Shown piece after piece: positions 54,056-64,000 of a stretch of 64,000 nt of DNA. Source of the DNA: Adineta vaga (lineage: Eukaryota > Animalia > Rotifera); NCBI GenBank assembly GCA_021613535.1, contig CP075494.1, positions 14,942,001 to 15,006,000 of the forward strand, given 5' to 3'. The notes beneath the pieces were generated by a model that saw nothing but the letters and a program-made list of their open reading frames with translations, was not told where the DNA came from and ran no database searches. A program made the translations under genes and the position numbers. The first letter of the stretch is position 1, and every line of letters starts with the position of its first letter.

Positions 54056-54437
54056 CAAGTTACATGATAAACAAATGCACGGATTCTAAAAAACAGAATT
54101 AGATAAACAAAAACTTGTAGTTCAATTCTACCTCGTCAATGCCACATTCCATACATTTTGGTAAATCGATAGTATCGATTCGACACTATTATTAAACATA
54201 ATTGAAAACAATGTTGTATTTACTTTCAACAAAAAATAATGTATTGTTATGTGAATGGTAAATTTAACATCCAATCAATTTTTGAATTGAATAATCTAAT
54301 TTGATGGAATGACAACAGGAAATATATTGGATTCAAATCACTAAAGTGAATAAATTAAATAGATACCATTTAAGTGAAAGTATAGAAAAGATGGTAAACA
54401 CGAAGTATTACATTTGTTGAATATCAGGTTATCCTTA

Positions 54438-54714
54438 TACTCACGTTGATTCCTGAAGCAGCTCTCCGTGATTTTCCGGTTGAAACATTCAGGAAACGCA
54501 TCGGTTCTAGTCTGAATTCGCAGGAAAATTCCAGGAAATAGCCGCAGGAGTCCGCTGATCGTATCCGACTGCCGGTTTTGCCAAGTTTCTGTCAGTTCCG
54601 TCTGGACCCAGATAAATTCTGCTACAGGATTCGTTCACGGGATTACTGCTTCCATGAAAACTCCAGAATTCTCCAAAACCGACCGTTTCCATATCGAATT
54701 ATTCGACCTGGCTA
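54438..54714. mobile_element. MITE-like GC-rich interspersed repeat
   Basis: ~275-bp GC-rich island with degenerate inverted ends (tactcacgttgatt ... attcgacctggcta) bounded by TA. Confidence 0.5.
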
Positions 54715-55297
54715 GACAGACAGTTTCTAACCTCATTTAATTGTAATCATAAATAGTCTGATTTTGTTCAAGTAATTTAAAGAATTCCCATAAAATACAA
54801 AGGTGTAGAAATATAAAATAAAATTTTAAACGATCTCAAAAAGCTTCTCGTTAATGAAAATAATCGTAATTTTTCAGAATAGTTAAATAAGACTCGAATA
54901 TTCGCATAAAGGAAAACAATCAAGTTGTTCTATTTGATGAAAGTATCTGCCCATTGATTTCGAAGAAACAATGCGTAACGTATTGTAAAGATTTATGATT
55001 TACTCTATTGTATCTTGCAAAATACATGGACACATTGAGCATCGAAACAATTAATATAAAAATAAAGTAATAGGAAGATCATTGACCATTTTGAATTAAA
55101 GCCATGTACAGATTGTTTGTGATCATTTTGATCCGTGGAGAAAAGTTTGATACGAAATGGGTTTTTAAATAAGTATGTTCATAGTTAGAACAGCACTGTA
55201 CATACAGTAACTATATAAAGATGTTTATAACCATTAACATCTTGAGGGTGTGAGTGGATAAAGACATACTGACTCGCATCAATCCACACCCACACCC

Positions 55298-55544
55298 TAG
55301 TTAGTTTTATCCGACTCGCTTCTGTTTATGCCATGCTATTCAAGACTATACCCTTTACCCGAGTACCTTATACTATGTTTCAAATCTTCTTTTTTATTTA
55401 TATTGTATTTTAATGAGAAAAAAAATAAAACAACAATAGTATGTATTTAGTTAGATATGTAATGTTCAAATCTATCATCAAAGTCTTGATTACAACGGTG
55501 AGATATTGATCGGTATATAAGCGGCAAATCTAATAAATAAAGAT
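55298..55544 (+). repeat. ~247-bp direct repeat, copy 2
   Basis: Near-identical to 52738-52984. Confidence 0.92.
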
Positions 55545-55766
55545 TGATAGAAATGTCATCCAATCACATGTATGTACTTAAGAATGTAGAAAGAGAAAGA
55601 CTGAATATCAACAAATATCCATATATGGAATAGATGACAGCTCTGTGCGTGTACTGACATTCAAAAGGAAAATGGAGTTGGTAATGTATCTGAAACTAAA
55701 ACATATAAATAGCAACGACTAAAGCTCACTTTCTGAATATACAAAGAATTGGTGGCTACTACAAGA

Positions 55767-58066
55767 ATGATATCCTTTCTCATTTGTGATTCATTTTCAT
55801 TAACATTATTGATTATTTTAATACTACTCGTCGCTTATTATGTGTAAGTATCAAGATTCGCAAATCTATTCATTTGACATAGATTTAAATGGTATGAAAT
55901 TTTAGTTATAATTTGAGAACAAATAATATATTTTGTCGAATTGGAATGCCAAGTCCAACACCTATTCCTCTATTAGGGGAGATGTTCAATGCCATAAGAA
56001 AGGTAGGAGCCATCATTTCTATCGGTCAACATAGGACATTTAGTTTATTTTCATTTATCTATAGGGATTGTATGGTAATGATGTTGATCTTGTTCGAAAA
56101 TATGGAAAAGTTATCGGGTAAATAGAAAAGCTTTTTATGTAAAAAGTTTGTACTGTGATTACTATGCAAATGCTTGAAAACCCATTTTTCGAAGAAAATG
56201 TTATTAACAACTTATTGTAGAATCTTCGAAGGCAGTACTCCAGTTATTCTTTTGTCGGAACCAGATCTTCTTCGAAATGTTCTCATCAAAGATTCGCATG
56301 TGTTTATCAATCGACGAGCAAGTTTTTTTTTGCGTTGTTAATAGTTTCCGACAATTAATTTATGCATTTTTAGACCATGGACGGTGTAACAGGTATTTTA
56401 GATTATGGTTTGACAGCGTTAAAGGATGAGCACTGGAAAAATGCTCGATCCATTGTTTCACCTACTTTTTCCAGTGCAAAACTCAAAACTGTATACTCGT
56501 CTAACTTTCATAACTGAACAACTACTTTAATCTTCCCTTTCGCAGATGTATGGCTTGATGAATGAAGTCAGTGAGGTGTACAACAAACGACTTCTTGAGT
56601 ATGCTGACAAACAAGAAATGTTTGATATCAAACAGTATGTTCACTTCTTCTTTTTAATTATAAATAAGAAACACGATAAGATTATAAATATGAATGTATA
56701 GATTAAATGGTCAATTCACACTGGATAATATTGCAACATGTTTGTTTGGCATTGAAACGAATTCTCTTCAAAACGAAAATGTGACGTTGATCAATCATTT
56801 AAAAGCATTTTTTTCATTCAGCATTGCAAATCTGTTTTTACTGATCTTTTGTAAGTGTCATTAGACAAATGATAACATATGTTAATATTATTTTCACGTC
56901 CAAAAGTTATTTCACCACGATTGGCTCGTCATTTGAGTAAAAAAGGTTATTCGGTAGTGCCGACAAATACAATGAACTATCTGTCAAATTTAATGAATCA
57001 AATATTAGATTGTCGTCGACAACATGTTGAACGACGAAATGATTTCATTCAAATGATGGTTGATCATGAGGAGGAGGTGAAACATGAAGAACAACAATTA
57101 GAAACTAATAAAAGAAGTACATATTTAGGGGTCTCTTTGTTTTATTCAATGTATTGATTTTAGCTTTGAACGACAAAGAAATACTTGGTCAAACAGCTGT
57201 ATTTCTTGTTGCTGGTTATGAAACAACAAGTGTATTGCTGTCCTTTTTCTTTTATGTTATGGCAACTGAACCTGCCATTCAAGAGAAAGTTTATGAAGAA
57301 ATTCGACAAGAAATCGGAGATGTAAGTGATCGATAAAGTTAGAGAGAATGGAATGAATGGTAACGTTTCTGTTAAGGACGAAATGACATATGAAAAGTTG
57401 AATGAACTTCATTATTTGGATATGGTGATCAATGAAACACTTCGAATGTATCCACCATTTACTAGGTAGTTGTTTCTTATGGCTTTTGCTTTTCGTCGGT
57501 AAATTTATAATTCTATTAGATTCGAACGAGTTGCTGCAACAAATTATCAACTTGGTGATTACCACATACCAAAAGGAGTGGTGATAAGTGTACCTGTATA
57601 TCCTATTCATCATGATCCTACAGTATGGACTGAACCAGAAAAGTTTATACCTGAAAGGTATCATTCTAACATTTCTTATACTCCTTTCATGACTGAATTT
57701 TGATTTGTATTTAGATTTTTGCCAGCAGAAAAAGCAAAACGACATCCGATGACCTATCTTCCATTCGGGGATGGACCACGGTATGTTACTTCTATTTCTG
57801 AATGTTGATAAATTATCTCGTTATTTTTGGTCTTAGAAATTGTATTGGAATGCGATTTGCATTGCTCGAAGCCAAACTTGGAATAGTGAAAGCATTACTC
57901 TTAGTTGAGATACAGCAATGTAAAAAGACAGAAGTATGAAATATTTATGTTATTGTAATGTATTTTATATCGGTCTAATCTTTAGATTCCGGTTGAATTG
58001 GGTAAAACGACAACTTTATCGCCAAAAAATGGTATATGGGTTAGTGTTGTACGTCGATCTCAATGA
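55767..58066 (+). CDS. CYP3-clan cytochrome P450, apparently intact
   Basis: N-terminal anchor, PIPLLG, WKNARSIVSPTFSSAKLK, RNDFIQMM, I-helix AGYETTS, ETLR, PERF and heme motif FGDGPRNCIG. Confidence 0.92.
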
Positions 58067-58584
58067 AAACAGAATACTTTTCAACATCTTAAATCTACTG
58101 AACTCCTTTTTTCACACTTACATATGCTTATGAACACTTGTTTTGTCAGTTTTCGTAAGAGTGTTGTATTATCTGACATGTATCAATATTCAGCTTTTAA
58201 TAAATATTTCTGCATCAATATAATAACCTTTTAGCTTCGAAAAAAGTACAATAAAATACATATTTTCATTTATCGAGGAGTTCTTTGCCGGCGACGTCCA
58301 TCAGGAATATCATCTATTTCTACATGCTTTTCTATTGTATCTTGATCAGTTTCCTATTCATTTAATAGAATGTAGATTTATTGACCAAATATCGGTTCCT
58401 CTGAATAAGAACTAGTTTGGTACAAATGTAATATATGAGTGACATCTTTTTCTGAAGAAAACAATCGGTTCGGATCGGTTCGATTCGAACAGTTCTATCT
58501 TATACATTTTCGTTCTCGTTCGTCGGATTTTCCCGAAAAATGAGTGTACGTATAAATTTATTTCATTTCACTAAATTATTTTAG

Positions 58585-60525
58585 ATGGTTGCAATCAACG
58601 ATTCATCACCAATAACTAACGAATCTAATCAGTCCGATACTTCGATCGGTAAATCACCTGAACAAAGTTCAGTTCTTGTTGTCGGTGCAGGTGGCATTGG
58701 ATGTGAATTATTAAAATCATTAGCTCTTTGTCGATTTCGTTCCATTGGTGTCATTGATCTTGATACAATCGAAGTTTCAAATCTCAATCGACAATTTCTC
58801 TTTCGTCGTGAACATGTTGGTCAAGCAAAAGCAACAGTTGCATGTGATAGTATTCGTCGTCTTTGTCCATCAATACAGATCGAACCATTTCATGGTGATG
58901 TTATTACTGATCCACGATTTGATATTTCATTCTATAAACAATATGATCTTGTTATCAATGCATTAGATAATGTTCAAGCACGACAACATGTCAATCGAAT
59001 GTGTTTGTTATGTTCAAAACCTTTGATTGATAGTGGTTCTACTGGTTACAATGGACAAGCAACGTTAATATTCAAAGGTCGAACACAATGTTATGATTGT
59101 ATTGAAAAACCGAAACAACAACGAACTTATGCTGTTTGTACTATTCGTAATACACCATCACAACCAATTCATTGTATTGTTTGGGCAAAGTTTCTCTATA
59201 ATCAATTCTTTGGTGATAATGATGATCCAAATAATGAAGATGTCACACCTGATGCTGATGATCCGGAAAATGATGCTAATCCACAACAACAACAACAACA
59301 GCAGCAGCAAGAAAATGGTCATCATCGAATCTCAACACGTGATTGGATTCAAGGTGAGATGGACGAATTTCAACCGATTCGAGTCTTCAATAAACTATTC
59401 TATGATGATATCAACTATTTAACAACAATGAAAAATCTATGGGAAAAACGAAGACAACCGATTGCTCTTCAATATGAACAAGCATGTCAAATACAAGAAA
59501 AAATCATTGCAAATGGTCAAACTAATCATGAACAATCAGTGATGCCAAAGTTAAATGATCAACGAATTCAATCGATTCGTGAATATGTTCAAATGTTTAT
59601 TGATAGTTTACATGAATTAAAACAACGTTCAGATAAACAACGACAAATAGGTAAGTGAATTTCGATGAGGAACTTGTTGAAAGATGATTTATGTTTAGCT
59701 TCGACGAGTAAAGAAGCAACATTTCTTGTTTGGGATAAAAATGATGATGCCGATCTTCGATTTGTGACAGCATCAGCAAATCTACGTGCATATATCTTTG
59801 GTATTAATCTCACAAGTAAATTTGATGTCAAATCAATGGCTGGAAACATCATTCCAGCTGTAGCAACAACAAATGCCATTGTTGCTGGTATCACTGTTCT
59901 TCAAGCACGAAAGATTCTTTCAAGTTTACCTCGATCATCAACAGATCATACATTAACATCAATCAAACATTTAACTAATGTTTTTATTTCAACTGATCGT
60001 AAAACAGGAGCAATAATTCAGTCGATTCCATTGGAAGAACCGAATTCATCATGTATTCAATGTAGTGATCTTGAACAACCAGTTCGTGTTCGAATCAACA
60101 TGTCTTTGTTTACATTATATTCATTGTATGAACGTTTGATTCGTAAACATCTGAAAATGAACAAACCAGATGTGATTATTGCTGATGGTAGTGGAAGAAT
60201 TTTGATATCTGCAGATGATGATGAAGAAGATGAAAATATGATGGTGAAAACACTTGATCAATTTAAATTAATGAATGGTACAATTCTACTTTGTGAAGAA
60301 GAATATGATGATAAAACAAATGAAGCTTTGATACAACATATGAAAATCAAATTAATGCTTGAACATACAGATACAATAACAGATAAAGATGAATATATTA
60401 TTGTTGATGATCAAGTTATTGGAGAAATCAAACAAGTCAAGCAGTCAATTAAGCGAAAATACATGGAAGAAGTGGATGATGTCAGTATAGAATATTTTCC
60501 AGTCAAAAGAATAATGGATAAGTGA
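58585..60525 (+). CDS. UBA2: SUMO-activating enzyme subunit 2, copy B (short C-terminus)
   Basis: Near-identical to copy A up to ...IGEIKQ, then a distinct 30-aa tail ending PVKRIMDK*. Confidence 0.92.
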
Positions 60526-61016
60526 ATAGTAAATTCTAATGTTTTATATAAACTCACAGTTTCTGATATTTAGATGTAATTACCTAGTTGAATAAATTAT
60601 GAAAAAATATATTTCATGATGAAAGTATATGATTTTTTTATAATTAAATCCATATACTTCAAAATAACGACTTTTCGACTGTCGCCTCAATCTTAATTCC
60701 TAAGTTAGCAGTAAGATAATTGATTTGTCCGAACGGAAGCTTTCGACATAAAAAAGGACCAAACTTGTATTCATTATTCTTTTTTTCTATTTTCTTGTGA
60801 ACGCCATTGTCCAAATTTATCGATGAGGATAATAGTGATGCGTTCGCATTCTCAAGTAGAACAGCATGGTACTATTTTTTTAAATTAAATCTTAGACAAT
60901 TCTTTCAATGCTTTTATATCAATATCAATACTACTTAACGGTTGAAACAGAACTGAAAAAGTATGAGTCAAGAAAATGACTCTTTGATTTACATTTCTAG
61001 ATAAGAAATATCAAAG

Positions 61017-63261
61017 ATGGTATTTTTTCTGATCGGTGATTCAATTACATTGACATTGCTAGTTATTCTCATTCTTCTTTTTATCTACCATGTGTAAGTA
61101 TTTATTTTTTATAAACTTATTCACTCGAGAAGAATATTGTAGTTATAATCTATGGACAAATAATATATTTCGTCGAAATGGAATACCAGGTCCAATACCA
61201 ATACCATTTCTTGGTGAAATGTTTAATGTAATGCGGAAAGTAATGACTTTTATCATCGAAAACTATAAAAATGAAAAGCTGATGTCAATTCTATTTAGGG
61301 CATCTACAAGAATGATGTAGAGCTTGTAAAAAAATATGGTAAAATTGTTGGGTAAATGACAACGAGTGTAAAGATGCTCAAACGCTTTCTTTTCTTATAG
61401 TGTGTATGAGGGAACAACCCCGATCGTTCTTATCGCTGATCCCGATCTTCTTCGAAATGTTCTCATCAAAGATTCACATGTGTTTATCAATCGACGAGTA
61501 TGAATGCATTTACTTATTTCTAATACTCTATACGCTTGCTTGACTAGATTCTCGATTGTGGATCAGGTCCATTTGAACATGGTCTCACTCAGTTAAAAGA
61601 TGAACATTGGAAAAATGCCCGATCCATTGTTTCACCTACATTCTCCAGTGCAAAACTCAAAACTGTATATACTTCTTCGAATTTTCATAACTGACTATCT
61701 GTTTTATTGTTTCCATTACGTAGATGTATGGCTTGATGAATGAAGTCAGTGATGCATATAACCAACGTCTTGTTGAATATGCTGATAAACAAGAAATATT
61801 CGAAATCAAACAGTATGTTTCTTTGTTCTTTGTTATGAATAAAAAATCCTAGATTAACTATATAGATTGAATGGTCAGTTCACATTAGATAATACTACGA
61901 CATGTCTGTTTGGTATCGAAACAAATTCTCTTCAAAATGAAAATGTGGCATTGATCACTTATTTGAAGAAATTCTTCATTGTTAATTTTGCCAATATATT
62001 TCTTTTGATATTATGTAAGTATGATTAATGATAACAAGAAGTATGTAAGTTTTTTTAATAATAGTCGTATCACCTCGCTTGGCGAAATATTTTGGAGAAA
62101 AAGGTTATTCGATATTTCCAATGGATTCTGTTGATTATACTACAAATCTTATCAATCAGATATTGACTCGACGTCGAGAACATGTTGAACGACGAAATGA
62201 TTTTATTCAAATGATGATTGATCATGAAGAAGAAGTCAAAAGTGTAGTAGAAACAACTCAACAAACCGAGAATCAAAAGCAAGCTGATAGGCAACAGTGG
62301 AAATCACTTAAGAAAAGTAAAAAAGAAATGACGACTTTTATTGTTTTAATTTCTTATCTAAATTAAGCTTTGAACGATAAAGAAATAGTTGCTCAAGCAC
62401 TTACATTTCTAATTGGTGGTTATGAATCAACAAGTATTTTGTTATCATTCTTCTTCTATGTTATGGCAACAGAACCCGACATTCAAGAGAAGGTGTATGC
62501 TGAGATTCGACAACAAATTGGAGATGTAAGTGAATGATAAAGTTATAGAGAATGAATTGTATGGAAGAGCTTAATTTAGGATGAGGTAACCTATGAGAAA
62601 CTAAATGAACTTCATTATTTGAATATGGTGATCAATGAAACACTTCGAATGTATCCACCATTTATCAGGTGACTGCTTCTTTGATTATATCGTTGACCCA
62701 ATGTTATATATTCATGATAGATTTGATCGTGTTGCCTCCCAAGATTATCAATTTGGTGCATATCATATACCAAAAGGAACTATTATCAATGTGCCAGTAT
62801 ATCCAATTCATCATGATCCCGAAGTGTGGCCTGAACCAGAAAAGTTCATACCTGAAAGGTATCATTCGAGCACTCATGAGAATTATTTCATCACTAAACT
62901 TTGACCCACGCACAGATTTTTAGCAACAGAAAAAGCAAAACGACATCCAATGGCCTATCTACCGTTTGGTGATGGTCCTCGGTAAATGAGTACAGTTGTC
63001 TTGGCTGATAATATTGAAGATGTTCTTGTAGAAATTGTATTGGAATGCGATTTGCATTGTTGGAAACTAAAATTGGAATAGTGAAAGCACTTCAAGTTGT
63101 AAAATTTCAACGATGTGAAAAGACTGAAGTACGAAATATTTATATGATTGAAATTCATCTTATATCTGTTTAATCTTTAGATTCCATTGAAATTAGGTAA
63201 AATGCCAACATTATCAAGTAGAGGTGATATTTTGCTCCGTGTTGTACGTCGATCTCAATGA
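61017..63261 (+). CDS. CYP3-clan cytochrome P450, apparently intact
   Basis: Same exon structure as the 55767 gene; I-helix GGYESTS, ETLR, PERF, FGDGPRNCIG. Confidence 0.92.
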
Positions 63262-63518
63262 AAAAGTGTCAAACGAGAGTGTGTCGAAAGATTTTTACTG
63301 CATCATAAACCTATTAATAAATATTTATCCATGAAATAATCGTCTCTTAATTTCTATAGAAGTATAATAGATTTTTTTTATTGAGAATCTGTTTCTCAGC
63401 AACATCCAATAGGCATATCAACCTGGATTCGTATAAATATTGTCCGTTAGTAAATCATATATTGTTCGTTTATAATTAGTTTTTTTATTTCCTATAATGA
63501 CATGATTAAAACATTAAT

Positions 63519-63955
63519 ATGAGTTATTTTCTCATCAGTGGTTCAATTACTCTCAAATTATGTGTCATCTCTACATGTGTTTTCGCTTATTATGTGTAAG
63601 TATTAAGCCATGTTCATTATCACTATTATTACCATTGAATTTAGATACAAATTACTAACTAACAATATTATTCGTCGACTTCGAATACCTGGTCCCACTC
63701 CAATTCCTCTCCTGAGTGAACTATTTAATGTTATTCGTAAAGTATCGTATTTATTCCATTTGATTTTTACTATACAACGATTGTTGATGGATTTTTCTGA
63801 AAGGGTTTATATAAGAACGACATTGATCTTGTTCAGAAGTATGGTAAAATTGTTGGGTACGTATCAATGATCGTAATGACAAAAAATTGTATTCGAGAAT
63901 ATAAAAATTCGAGTGATGGAATCATTTTTTATTTAGAATAAATGAAGGAACAAGC
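63519..63955 (+). pseudogene. CYP3-clan P450 5' fragment, probably truncated
   Basis: Exons 1-3 are homologous (IPGPTPIPLLSELFNVIRK, KYGKIVG). Exon 4 loses similarity after INEGT and reaches a stop near the window edge. Confidence 0.65.
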
Positions 63956-64000
63956 TTTAATCTTTCGAGATTTTTTAATCTACATATTAGCTTGAGTAGA

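Overview
AT-rich, gene-dense eukaryotic DNA with many ~45-65 nt GT-AG introns. It is most consistent with a bdelloid rotifer (inference from an intronless bacterial-type cupin, F-box/LRR and NHL-type genes, and TGTGGG repeats). The standout locus is at 1.5-8.7 kb: three tightly packed same-strand genes encoding a stand-alone death effector domain (DED) protein and two RIG-I-like receptors (RLRs) carrying an N-terminal DED instead of CARDs. One RLR has canonical helicase motifs. The other has substitutions in motifs I, II, V and VI and ends in an acidic FFAT-like tail. This suggests a sensor / pseudo-enzyme / adaptor antiviral module, possibly co-transcribed and resolved by SL trans-splicing. 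Next comes a TA-flanked TIR element holding an intron-containing host gene fragment and telomere-like repeats. Housekeeping genes are cornichon, UBXN1, L2HGDH, a LysM protein, ECHS1, QSOX, a PLAT-domain gene, AASDH, an MPDZ/PATJ-like gene and fascin. The window also has a perfect 62-bp hairpin and a probable horizontally acquired cupin. The right end is a rearranged region with two UBA2/SAE2 copies and four CYP3-clan P450 copies, two of them broken. Gene models were spliced by eye, so boundaries are approximate.
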